From Takakia lepidozioides (lineage: Eukaryota; Plantae; Bryophyta), in assembly GCA_030704615.1 (NCBI GenBank), contig CM060731.1, positions 63,488,001 to 63,552,000 of the forward strand: a stretch of 64,000 nt of DNA. The letters run 5' to 3'. The notes beneath the pieces are model-generated. The model was not told where the DNA came from and searched no databases. It saw only the letters and a program-made list of their open reading frames with translations. Position numbers and translations under genes: made by a program. Each line of letters opens with the position of its first letter. Position 1 is the first letter of the stretch. This document shows positions 37,004 to 49,024 of the stretch, piece by piece.

Positions 37004-37255
37004 CTAAGATTTATCCCTCCTCCTCCTCCTCCTCCTCCTTCCTGCATCCAAGCTTGGATATGAAATCCCTACACAGAGCAAGACTGAATCTCGATGGTAA
37101 CCTAATCTCTGCAACCCACACACGCTGAAACAGAGACGGACCGACGGACGGACGGACGGACGGACGGTATTTAGCAGATGCACAAGATCGAAAACATAGT
37201 CCCGCCATCTGATGGATGAGATATATTCATCCAACCAAACTGCACTCGGCTTACT
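37004..37255 (-). other. Putative 5'-UTR intron of the TGD1-like unit, containing (GAG)n and (CCGT)n microsatellites
   Basis: Donor GAA|GTAAGC at ~37255, acceptor ATCTTAG| at ~37004; repeats at 37016-37039 and 37136-37166. Confidence 0.5.
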
Positions 37256-39359
37256 TCATCCAGATCTCCTCCTGGTTAGCAAGCTTCTTCCCGCCAATTC
37301 GATCCTCTCTCCACCACACTGGAGCTGCTGCTTCAATTGTTTGTAAGTAGATGGCTCAATCGGCTGCGCTGTAGGCAGGATTTGAAGGTGAAAGCCACAA
37401 GTAAGCTGTCAGAGTCCAGAGCGGAAAGCAAATCTGCTGTTGTATATGCGCTTTCAGAGGTTTCTGGTTGATCGACAGTTGTTTTGGTCCTGGTGAGTGG
37501 GACGTCTTATCTAAATGCTGTCAGTGATGATTTGGCAGTATATCTGTCTGGAATCGGAAGGAATGTTGATCTTTGGCGTCCGCTGCGTGAATGGTAGTGA
37601 GAAAACAACGTCGGTGTTTGGCAGTTCTTCAACTGGTGGTGGCTACTGAGATAACTTTGAGTATGTGAAAGATGAATACTCGATTGACTGCATAGGTTGC
37701 AAAGAATATTAAACATCCACAGAGCTTGGATTGATGATGTGCAGTGCACAGCTTGTGCACAGCGTGCAGGGAACAGTGAGGTGACTCTGTTCACCCACTA
37801 GACTGAACACAAGGACCACAACCACCTTCGATGGTGCCAAGTAATTTACGACCAGCACTCTCTGAGGCCCTCAACTAACTTATGCAAGACTCTGCTAAAT
37901 GAAGAAAGATGCACTCGCGAAGCCTTCTTTCAGGCGAAGCAGAACAAGAAAGAAGGGTTGCTGGGCTGATTTGAGGATCTCCCTCCATTTTGTTTGGCCT
38001 GCTCAGGGCCACCTATTCTTTGACCTGGGCGCAAGGACATGTCCTACAAGGAATTCCTCTCGGAACATGAGAAAGGCATGAAGACGTCCAAAAAGTAGAA
38101 ACATGACCCCGACACTTACAAGGAACCCAGATGTACGGTGTCTGCGTAACACAAACTAAACCGAGTCAATTTAAATACTTGGGCCAACTTCTAATGGAAA
38201 TCGGCAAAAGTATCTTCAGCTGAAGATAATGCACAGGCTCTAAAGTTACAAGCCTCGATCATAGTGTCCAGCTTACATCAACAGACCGAATATCAATTCA
38301 TGCAGCGAAGGAACCATCATCCATGTCTAAATGCGTCGGGGTGTCATTAAGTGCCTCATCCTGGTGCAGGCAGTTGCTCGGGAAGGTATAAGCAGTTCCG
38401 TACACAATTTTCGGGTGAATTGAAAAAGTACGTCAGAGTGTACAAGCTTGGCACGTCTTTAAGACCAAGACCTGGAGTTATAATACATGCCAGCGAAGAG
38501 GTGAGTGCATGATTGAACCCCCACCCAATCTGCACTTCTGTTGCCACGCTTTTCCGCAGTAAACAAAGTTCAAAAGGCTACCAACAGACAAAAATAAGGC
38601 CTATACACCTCTCTTTGGGCAATCCCGAATCAGCTAGACGTTCGACAGGCCTCGGTCTGTGAACGCATGCTCACAGATAGCTATTGTGGGCGAGGGAGTC
38701 AGTAGATCTAGCGGTATAGAAAGCATATAGATGCACAGGGATAGGCATGAATATCCAGGGCCAGCCAGAATTAGGAGAGTAAATTTGGGAGACGCAACTA
38801 CTACACGAAAGTGTAGACCATCTCACATACACTTCCAAAATAGGGAAGGGTATGTCAGGTTGGCGGACAACCGTTTTCCAGGGCTCGTATCTATCAAAAC
38901 AACTTGGAGGTTATCTGTAGGCATAACTAAACAAACAAACTACTTCTCACCTATTCTAGGCTTGGGAAACATGGCAGAGTGTTTCTATCCGGAACCACCG
39001 ATGTAAACCTTTCTATCGCTTTCCCTCCGCAGGGCTCCTCCATTGCATATCCCAAAGTTATGCCAAGTTTCAATTGCAAGCAGAATATACTATCAAAGAC
39101 GGCATCAACCATCACAGAGACATAATCAAATCATGGTGGAACTTCTTGTTTATTGCTCATTCAAAAATAAATGGCAATTCTGTGTAAGACTTTTTCATAC
39201 ATCGAGGAGTGGTCAATGCAACCACGGTAAGCATCTACAGGTCTCTTTGTACAGCATTCACAAAATCTGAGCACTAATATCAAAACTGTGTCACCAGGCG
39301 CTTGTACATGTACACGAGCAGCACCTAGCCTCAGACTAAATAGATGCAGCATAAATCCT

Positions 39360-40301
39360 TTACAGAGCCATGCCTGCTTCGACTAAGGGCGCGATGGTAG
39401 GGTAGGCTGCAGAAGAATCCAGCAGAAAGTCAAGGTTGCCGACGGGCATCATCCACTCCTCTCCAGCGGATATGTCACTGAACCCTGCGTAATCACCTCG
39501 TCCCTCCTCTAGGGCCCAGCTCACAGTCTCATGCAGATTATCTAATGCTTCCGAGGGCGCCGCTGTAGGACATGGCAGTGTGGTATCATCATACGACCAA
39601 TTTTCCTTTGAGAATTCTGCACCTCCTCTCTCAGAGCTTGGGCTCGGGGCTATCCCAAGTTCATCGTCTGAGGCCTCCAGGAGATAGCCAATGTCGACAT
39701 GAGAGCCGTCAGCAGTGTTATCGTCGACAAGGGTCGAAAGCTCATCATGATATCTGTCACCAAGTGTCGAGCCATCCCCTGTCAGACTACTTCCACTAGA
39801 GCATCCCACAGACAAATCAGCACTGCTGAAACCATGAGTACTCCAAATCTCCTCCCCCCAACTTGTGAAGACGGCTCCGGCAAGCGCCTCCTCCGCTGAT
39901 GAAGGAACATTAGAAATAGAGGCGTAGTCGCCAGACTCAGAAACACCTAATTCCTCCTCAAGGCTTCGAAGCACCCTCGCAGCGTCCTCCTTGCTCAGGG
40001 CAGAGCAGTCGGACCCTGCAGGCTCGTCTCCAGCCAAAGATTGTTCCAGACCCTTCAAAATACTGTTGGCTCCAGCCAGAGCTTGCTCCTCTGTCACCCC
40101 TGACAAGCTCTCGAAGCTAGAGGTGCTTTCGTCTGCCGCCATGTTGCAGCCTTCCAATGAAGAAACAGGAGCACAAATACCTTCGCACTGTCGTTTGCTC
40201 GAGGGAGCGGAACCGTCATCAACCTCTCCAGGATTGTCACAAGGAGGAAATTCTTCCTCCCTCGCCCGTTTCAGGCCATGCTCCATTTCATTCTGAGCCA
40301 T
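39360..40301 (-). CDS. Intronless uncharacterised acidic plant protein of the 'YLLEASDDELG' family (At1g13360-like), 313 aa
   Basis: ATG at 40301 (MAQNEMEHGLKRAREE); NLS-like KR motifs; VLRSLEEELG and DIGYLLEASDDELGIAPSP motifs. Confidence 0.85.
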   Translation of the reverse strand: MAQNEMEHGLKRAREEEFPPCDNPGEVDDGSAPSSKRQCEGICAPVSSLEGCNMAADESTSSFESLSGVTEEQALAGANSILKGLEQSLAGDEPAGSDCSALSKEDAARVLRSLEEELGVSESGDYASISNVPSSAEEALAGAVFTSWGEEIWSTHGFSSADLSVGCSSGSSLTGDGSTLGDRYHDELSTLVDDNTADGSHVDIGYLLEASDDELGIAPSPSSERGGAEFSKENWSYDDTTLPCPTAAPSEALDNLHETVSWALEEGRGDYAGFSDISAGEEWMMPVGNLDFLLDSSAAYPTIAPLVEAGMAL

Positions 40302-40623
40302 TCCAGTTTGAAGCAAAAGCAAACCAAGCGACTCCAAAAGAGTACAGAAAAGCAACGGGGAGCACAAAACCTCCAAATCAAAGAGCGGGAGAAACCGTGG
40401 AGAAGGAACTCGGGCACACGCAGATGGCCAACAAGCTAGAGGGTAAAACAGACTGAAGGATTCGGGAGAGAGTGGAGAGGAGAAGCTCAAGGCGCACTGA
40501 GATTCAAAGCTTTGGGGAGGCAAGACAAGTTGGGTTGGAGGCAGCAAAGCGCAACGACAAGATATTCAAAGTGAGGCAGAATGGGGCGAGAGAGACAGGG
40601 GAGAGCTGAGCAGGGACAGGCAG

Positions 40624-40634
40624 CATATATAGGG
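40624..40634 (-). promoter_or_regulatory. TATA box of the 39360-40301 gene
   Basis: CCCTATATATG on the minus strand, followed by a CT-rich leader, ~325 bp upstream of the ATG. Confidence 0.65.
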
Positions 40635-43159
40635 AGGGGTAGAACGGCGCGCCAGGCGGGCAACTGCAATGGCGAAACGCAATCGCCAGGGCACTTGCGC
40701 CGCGCCAGAGCGGCAGCCCGGCTTGGCGAGCGATGGCGATGGGCAGCAGTTACGGCCCTTGCCCTGCCCCGTCCTTTTTCGTGTCACGTTACTGCGCCCG
40801 CCCACCGTCCCTGCCGCTTCCCGGCATCGCGGTTCGCCACCGTTATTTCCCCCCCTGCTTTCCCGGCGAACCGGAAACCCGCCTTTATGACTCCACTTCA
40901 AACCTTTACTATTTACTGGCAGTAAAGAATCGGGATGGGATGGGATGGGATTCACCCCATTAGCGTCAAACAACAACTTAGGGTTCCATTCCTGTCCGAC
41001 ACGCCCGCGGCAGTCATACCAACCCATCCCTCTAATCTCTCGCTTATCGCGCAAAGCCACATCCACTTTAACCCAAAGCTAGCCGCATTATCTCATCGAT
41101 TTCTGGGCCGATTACTCGCCCGAATTATGGAGTTGTGCATGCGGGGGTGCGGGAGGGCCACACCAAAATGATGCAGAGGGCCACGTAAGCGTACCAGCAT
41201 GGATGGGCAGTCCTGCGCACCGTATTCGGCGTCGGTAGCAACCATCACATTTGCGTATGCCGAATGCTGCCCTGTCGATCATCATGCGACGCTCCACCGG
41301 CGCACCAACGGCCCCACACGCTTACCCATTACGGACGGGTCTCGATCTACCACCCTAATTACGCACCCTAATGACGACCGCGCATTAGTGAGAGTGGGGT
41401 AGTAAAAGGGAAGGCCCTTCACGCGTGCGGCGTGAGCTTACATACCCGCAAGCTGCGATTTCCGAATCGGGCGGCGGGGATGCATCCCAGAGATCGAAGG
41501 GCTGCGCAGTGGAGTACGTGGAGTGAGGAGCGAATAAAGCACAGTTTCACACGGGAAAGAAAACCGATTCAGTTCCGCGCGCGGGTGGAACGGTTTAGGA
41601 GGGACGCCGGGCTGTCCCGGGTTCGAACCCCGTCCGGACTGCGCCACGACGCCGTTCATATTCTCGATAAATTAGGTTTCATTAAGGGCAGGCAGGTGGG
41701 TACGCGCGGGATGAATGCGAGGGATGAACGGATGGCGCGCAACCGACGCCGTCCGTCAACTGTAATGGTGCACCGGTACGCCAGCGAAGGCGACCCCCGC
41801 TGAAGCGCTGCCCGCGATAACGCGGGGTTGCGGCGTCTGTCTCTCGCTCCCAACCCTAAACATAGCTAATAATATCGGGCAACTGGTGATGGGCCTCTGG
41901 ACCCGATGGCGACAAGCGGCCACTTATGTGTGGCACGAGCCTGTTTTTGTTTTGGTTTATCGTAGCCGTCGAAAAGCATGGGACGTGCGGACCGGGGTTA
42001 AATCCGGGTTAGTTGACACAAATAATTGAAAGGCTTGGCGACGAGGCAGCGCCAATCGCTGTGCGCGGCCGCGGCTTGTGTGCGCCAGTAGGGCTCACCC
42101 ACGGCAAGCCTGATTGGCGATAGTATATCCAGCGGTGGCGAAACAGCTGGCGTCTGACCGTACCAGCAAAGTAACTGAGATTAGGAGGTGGGTAGATGGA
42201 GCCTTGCAGTTATCGCGACAGCGGGGTGATAAGTTACCGTTCGCGTTGCCCTAAAATTAGGTCGGGGAGGAATTGGGCGCAGAAGGTTCGGGAATGTGCG
42301 CGCGATGCCGGATTTTGGAGTCAGAATCCGGACTTTGGTGGCAGGCTGGGCAGTTACTCCGGTCGTGCTCTGCTTGCGACCGGGGTACCGGCGGTCACCG
42401 GTGGCGCCACGCGGGCGGGCGCCATTGCGTGGGTGGCGAGCGAGAAGGGCACCCAGATCCCGTGAAACTTGCGACTGACAGCGCAGGCGCGGCGCGGCAG
42501 AGCGCATGTGACCGCGCAGTGCGTGAGTTGCTGACCGCTTCTTTGTCTGCCGCTTATGACTTTGCAGCTGCAGCGTCAAGTTCACGACACGTCCTGTTCG
42601 GTGAGAGGGGTAAAACAATGAACACCCGTGCTTTGACTAGCAACTCCAAAACAAATATCGGAATCTACTTCCTTCGCCCTTTCTTTTCTCCCAAATATCG
42701 AATTTGTCAAATGACAGGTGACGATTGACGAATGGCTGACAGATAGATGACAAAACCAGTCCATCCTCATCCATTCACCAGTTTACGGCTCAGTCCCTTT
42801 ATTTTCACTCTTTATGGTGGTACCCAACTGTCATTTGAGTCGTATAACCATGTTTCAATCTGCTACCCCGCATAAGTCTAACAATAACATTTTGAACTAA
42901 AAAACCACTGTATCGGGTCAGAAATAAGTGTCTACTAGCGTGAACAGGCGAGCCTACTAACATGAATTATAGGTGAGTCTAACAAGGTAAGAAAATATTA
43001 CTATTTCTTTTTTCTTTTCTTTTTACTAGAAAGGGGACAGAGGCCCTTTTAATCAAATTAAATACAGGCGATTACAAAATGGTGGAACTAATTCGTAAAT
43101 TCTCCAAATGGGTTCCCAATTACATTGCCCGTACAGGGAAAATAATGCACCAACAGTCA

Positions 43160-43222
43160 GTATCTCAGTTGGTCAAATGCACTGAGTTCCACCCAGATGG
43201 TGTCGGGGTCAAATCTTGCTAC
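43160..43222 (+). repeat. tRNA-derived SINE-like head
   Basis: TATCTCAGTTGG A-box and GGGTCAAATC B-box; homologous inverted copy at 48963-49024. Confidence 0.6.
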
Positions 43223-46200
43223 TGACGAGTGTTACTCATTCGCCTCCATGGCGCATAAATGAAAGAGGTTATTTTCTCCTCTCACTACAAAGGGGCCTGA
43301 TTTGTGAGCTGTCGCTCCCAGGTGTTTCCCTTTAAATAATATTAATAATAATGCCTCAAAGGAAGGAAAAAAATGTTTTTTTAATCCTTATTGGGTAAGG
43401 TTAACTTAAGGTAAGGTTACTTGCCGACCAAGAATAAAAATATCTCTACGCTCTCCCAAATAAATTGATTAACTAACTCGTCTCTTGTATTAAATTGATG
43501 AGACGAGATGCTGACGGGGGAAATGGTGCATGGGAGTGGGGACGAGCAACAAATATCACGCCAAAGCAAAGAACCGATCAACATCGGGGTCAGTGAAAGT
43601 GTCCAACGGGTTGCCAAAGCGACTTGCAGTGGCCGGTGGCAGGGCCGCAGCTGACCGGGCGTGGCAGGTGATGACCGGGGAATCCGGTCAATCCAACGCG
43701 GATCCGCGGACGCCAAACGGCCGGTGCCGTGCGACCGCGCCACCGCCCTGCGACCCGCCAAAATTCGCATCGGGCGATGTGCGCCCGGCCTGCGATGCGG
43801 CGAAACTAGACTACAGGGCTGGGCGAAACTCTGACGCAGCATAAAGCGCATGCGTGGCGGCGGTAACCGCTCGCCACGCTGCCCCCGGCGAGGCGCGGGG
43901 CAAGCGCGCGCGCGGGCGTCGTCCCCGGGCGCGGTAAAGGGGTGCCACATCGGTCGTGGTAACGACGCCTCGATTTGGATGATCGGAGAATCGTGGCCAC
44001 CGGCAGCATGTCAACGGCCGGTGGCCGTTTCGCGAAAGCGTGCGGGCCGCGCCATCCTTGTGCCGGTGCGCAGATAGTGTTTCGCCACTCCGTCGTGCCA
44101 ACGGTTGTGCGCGTGATGAATGAAATCACTCATCATCCACTCCACCTACCACGTAACTGCACCAGTGCGATGCGACAAGCAGGAGTATGCAAGTTCGTGT
44201 TTGTTGCATGGTGGACATGGGGTGGTTTCCGACTGTTTAAGACGATGCAAAACTTGAGGATGGTGCCATCGTAGTCCCAGTCATGGAAGGTATAATGAGC
44301 TCGGAAAGGAATAATGCAATCAATCCGAGCATGCCAAAGTGATGGACAGAGAAAGTTATGGGATGCCAGAGTTAGGAGATCTCGAGTCAGGCTATTATTT
44401 GGATATTATACTGACCCCCATTTCAGCTGTGCGCAGAACCTTCCAGTTCACAAGACTTCCAATAAAAGTCGTGACAGACAGTCAGATAAATGCAGCGCAA
44501 ACAGGTTGAGATTGATGGATAGGGAGCTGCACTGAATCCACGGTGGGTGGAGCTGCGCCATCTGTTACCAGCAATTGCGTGCGAGCCTACTGGAGTCTGC
44601 AGTGTGGGTTGCGGGTGCACGCAGCAGGTGCGGCGAAGTGGGTGGACCGCTGCGGCTTGTATGTAGACGGTGCGTGAAGCCCCTCTAACGTCATTCCACG
44701 TTTGCTTACTCGCATATCGATCGGGTGGGTCCCCGAGACTGAGCTTATCGTCACTACACAATGGCACGTACACCTTGACGCTTTTTGGTATGTGACAATC
44801 AACTGACCTCCACCCCACAGTTGGCACCTTCTTTGCAATGTGATGCAGCACATTTTTGTCGCCCAGAATGAAGATGTGAATCCCGAGAAGAATCAAATCG
44901 AAGGGCTACCGCCTTTTCTAAAAAATCAAACTACACAATATAAAATCCACTTCTTGAGTTAGAATTGCCTTAGTAGAATACAGATAAAAAAGAATCGGCA
45001 TCGGCACATGCATGAGGAAGGAAGGTTTGTTTTTGTGTTTTGAAGTCTTCTGAACATATCTTCCTGTGAATTAAACTAAAGTTGGAGATAAAGTGAAGTA
45101 TGAGTAGAATCTGTGAACTTCCAGAGACAGGAGACCCAGAGACAGCGGCAGTTGTCATACTAGCTAGCCTCCTTCCAGGCAACCGGTGCACAAAGCTGAC
45201 CCGACCAGGCTGATGCGTATTTATAAATTCATTACGTTGAACATTTTATAGCACTTTCAAAGGTGGGTCCAGCATGCGTTGGACAAATAATTCTAGAGAG
45301 ACTGTGTGGGCGGCCCAACTATGTGAAAAATGCGTGCATGGCAAGCCGGACCACCCGCATTGCTCCTTGCTAGATTCGAGGCTCAGACCGCTTCGCCCTA
45401 ACTAGTGAAAAGCAAACCGCACCTGGGTGGGATTGATCAAAACGCGCGAGCGTGCCCACGTGGCCCTGCCAGCCGCAGTCCCGCCCTTCTCCACGGACCT
45501 ACTTATCGTCGGCGATATTCTCACTATCCGCGCCACACATTATATTTCACTTATTTATCCTTTATTATTATCCTATTATTTATCCCTTATTATTATTCCT
45601 TTTTATTTAATTTTTAATTTTTTCCTTATTATCATCCTATTATTTATCACTTATTTAGCCTTTACTAGGGTGGACTAGTGACCATCTAGCGAGAGGGCTG
45701 GCGGGACGTCATCGATGATTCCGAGCAAGGGTCGGAGGGCAGCTTGCTTATTGTCGGGGTTGGTTTCGAGTAGTGAACAGAGATCTGCAAGTAGACAGAA
45801 AGTCCTCCGACTACTTTACTCGGAGGAAACAATGATCGGCCGAAGCTCGCAAGCCTTGTATGCCACCCGAGAGATTGACCGAGGACTTTTCAGAACAATG
45901 TGGGGGATTTTGCCTCTCGACACTTCGGTGGGAAGTACAAGACTAAATTTGTTGAAATTCGGTTGATCAATTACTAGAGCTAGATTTTGTGCGATCCTAG
46001 CGGTTGTCATAGTGCAATGCGATACTATGTGAGCACAACAGCAATACAGATTACACTATTCTCTTTGGTTTGGATCGTCGGGCTTATGATTCTATGCTTG
46101 TTTTTCATCTCCAAATTTGGACGCACAGTGCCCATGTATACAAGTCAAGCCCTTGGTTGAATGTTTTCAACGTACGCCGCAAGTTCCCAAGATTTTGGGA

Positions 46201-46314
46201 TACCTTCGTGACTTGTTCTCCGACATCAGCCCAATATTGGAGACGTTTCCGTCACATCACCGGCGCCTCATTATCCTTGTCCCGGTCCCGGATATGGATC
46301 CTTCTTCTACCACG

Positions 46315-46430
46315 ATGGATGCAATGTCAAATACACACAACCCCAAAGTTGAAACATTCATCCATGGTCAAAATGGATGCAATGTCAAATACCCACAACC
46401 CCAAAGTTCACACATTCATCCATGGTCAAA
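46315..46430 (+). repeat. 58-bp tandem duplication
   Basis: atggatgcaatgtcaaatac…catggtcaaa at 46315 and 46373, few mismatches. Confidence 0.92.
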
Positions 46431-46792
46431 AGAAGACGTACAACAGACGCCGTCACGGGGGTCAAATCCCGTGGCGCACATAAAATAAAATAAAAGGGAG
46501 CCGCGGCATTGATGGCAAGTAAATGCAGCAGAAACAGCGACAGTGTCACGCCACGTAGTTCGCCGGAAGTAGGCCACATCTGGGCCGGGAAAGTCCAGCA
46601 CACGACACGTGGTAGTACTACCTCCCGCGCGGCAACCGCAGCAGTTCCCCGTCGCGGCCCGCGGGTGTCCGGCAGATATTCTGCCGTTAGACTATCGTAT
46701 CGCACGTCCCAAGTTCAAACGCGGCACGTTTATCTCTCTTTTGCACCGCTTCGCTCATTTGTGACATCTGGATGGATGGATGGGAAAGTTTC

Positions 46793-46967
46793 TATGGATG
46801 CACTTGATGAGCCTGCATGGATGACATTAGTTTGGAGTAAATTATTTTTCAAACTATAGTGGGTTATTGGAATTCATCAGTTCGTATGGATGCACTTGAT
46901 GAGCCTGCATGGATGACATTAGTTTGGAGTAAATTATTTTTCAAACTATAGTGGGTTATTGGAATTC
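46793..46967 (+). repeat. 83-bp perfect tandem duplication with a 9-bp filler
   Basis: 46793-46875 equals 46885-46967; filler atcagttcg. Confidence 0.93.
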
Positions 46968-48295
46968 TTACAGCGAACTGATGAATAAATTCTTAGCAGA
47001 GAAGATGTAGGAAAACAATTTGTGACACTATAATTGTGTTGGGACAACATCACAAACCAAAGAAAAAAGAAAAAAGAAAAAAGAAACCAAAGTCTTGAAG
47101 TAAACTGTAGATGAGGAAATATACAATCATCGATGAGACTCTTGTCACCAATAACGTCATGTCAAACATCAACAGTTATAAACCTATTGGTTCCAAGTCA
47201 TTTTTTTCTATGCATATCAACCATCTATGCAAGTCCCTTGACAAGGACTCTTTATTCGTATATCCTGAATGTGCTTAACAAACCATGAAATGGGGCTTCG
47301 AGGGGAGATACCGGTAGCCATGAACTCTCCCCTGAAAGGTAACTACTTACATTTGTCGTTTGTGGATTAGGATCTACGCTTGAAAAATGCTATTCACCAA
47401 TAATACATGGTGTAGACTTTATCATCCGTGACAAGTTTGCATCAACATATATCTCAGTTTGTAGGTTTTTTTAATAAAAACAAATGTAGGAAAACAAAAA
47501 CAAATGTAAATTTATGCGGTAGCAGCATTAATCCATGTTTGCGAATATGGTAAATTCATCCAATTGTATATAGTAATCATCTCCCCAAAAAAGCAAGCTG
47601 AGTGTGCAACAACACAACAGCCTATCCATTCCCACATCACTGTGCATTGAAGCCATGACTTCACTTTTCTATTAAAGAGCCACGTTATTATAACAATATC
47701 TCACTGCTCAGTATGCAAAATACCCTTCAAATAATTCCAATAAAGTTTCCAGGGCCAGACCCCTGTTTCAATATATATATATGCAAAACAAGGGTCCCAG
47801 GTTTGCATGGGCCCTGTCCATTGGAGGATGGTCCAGGAATTTAAAAAGGGGGATATATATAGTAAGCTACACATGGATTTGAAGAAAAAAGGGGATAAGA
47901 AAAAATACTGTAGGAAGGCGACAGCTATTAAGTTAAATGGGGATGGTTCAGGCGCCAAATTGGGATAAGCAGAGTACAGGTGTCAAGCTGGTTTCCAGGG
48001 GTGACATGTAAGGCTTGATATTTGCAAGATGCTAATAACACAGCCTATTTTTTCTTTTTTCTTCAAAGGATTTCTATACATGCTAGAGCCCATCCCCAAA
48101 AGGGAGGAGTTAGTACCCGCAAGGCGAACAGGCTCTTATTTATGTGAACTTTGGCCAAAGTAATGTCACTCTATTCTTTTTCTTTTTCTTTAAAAAAAAA
48201 GGAAAACACCTGCCACCGACAGCTCACAAATCAGGCCCCTTAATTACCTCTTCCACAGTAACCTCGCTGTTAAGACTTGCTCATGAAGAACATAC

Positions 48296-48941
48296 TTAGT
48301 GTTGGACTGGTATACCTGGTTTAACCTAGGTAAGGAATACAGGTATGAATATATATTTTGAAGAACATACCAAGTCGGGTATGAAAGAACCAGTGTACCC
48401 ATGTGATACACGTACTGGGGGGAGTATGTCTTTAGGATTCCCCGCACACATACCATACCAGTCTGGGTATATGGAGGAATAGCATGGTCCCGATACCAGT
48501 ATTGCGGTGAGTTCATGGCGAATGGAGGTAGGGATGAGTATATGTTAGTGCAGCTAGTTATACGCTGTATTACAATTTGGTTAATTCAAGGCTCCATGTT
48601 GCAATTCAAACTTCATTTGCTGTTTCGCGCTACTTTGGGTTACCTTTGCCTAGTGTTTCATGGCTTGGATTAAAATTAGCTATGTGCTAAATGACATTTA
48701 TTTTTATGTATGGTGAGCTGTAGAAATACCATACCAGTGCTCATACCCCCCAGTATCACTACAGAGAAAGGGCGATACCAGTACCATACTCATATACAGC
48801 CCAAAGTACAACTACTCATACCATATTCATACCCAAGTTGCTCATACCTGTATAGATACCTGTACCAGCCTGGTATGATAAAGGGGTGGGACCCTTCATA
48901 CCAGTCGGGTATTAAAAAATGGACATACCAGTCCAACACTG
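48296..48941. mobile_element. hAT-type MITE
   Basis: TIRs (t)AGTGTTGGACTGGTAT / ATACCAGTCCAACACTG; 8-bp TSD GAACATAC (48288-48295, 48942-48949); many subterminal GGTAT/ATACC motifs. Confidence 0.88.
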
Positions 48942-48962
48942 GAACATACCACACCCCACAAT

Positions 48963-49024
48963 GTAGCAGGATTTGAACCCAGATTCATCTGGGTGGCACT
49001 CAGTGCACCATCCAACTCAGGTAC
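48963..49024 (-). repeat. tRNA-derived SINE-like head (same family as 43160)
   Basis: Reverse complement reads tacctgagttggatggtgcactgagtgccacccagatg…GGTTCAAATCC. Confidence 0.6.

Larger units (their letters stand above)
40635..46750. promoter_or_regulatory. Extended GC/CpG-rich non-coding region upstream of the gene
   Basis: Dense CpG blocks (40.6-42.6, 43.5-44.2, 46.4-46.7 kb) versus CpG-poor TEs nearby; ACGT/CGCG boxes; no convincing ORF. Confidence 0.5.

Noticed and set aside
40302-40547. Non-AUG N-terminal extension of the 313-aa gene
   Set aside because: A CT-rich leader naturally lacks stops; no conservation evidence.
40566-44900. Many overlapping 60-180 aa ORFs
   Set aside because: Expected in GC-rich DNA; Arg/Pro/Ala-biased with no motifs.
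45400-45680. Helitron terminus (ACTAG + GC hairpin)
   Set aside because: The hairpin is imperfect and the other end cannot be identified.
46975-47000. Hammerhead ribozyme (CTGATGA)
   Set aside because: No flanking stems or properly placed GAAA; same for the hits at ~20131 and ~31620.
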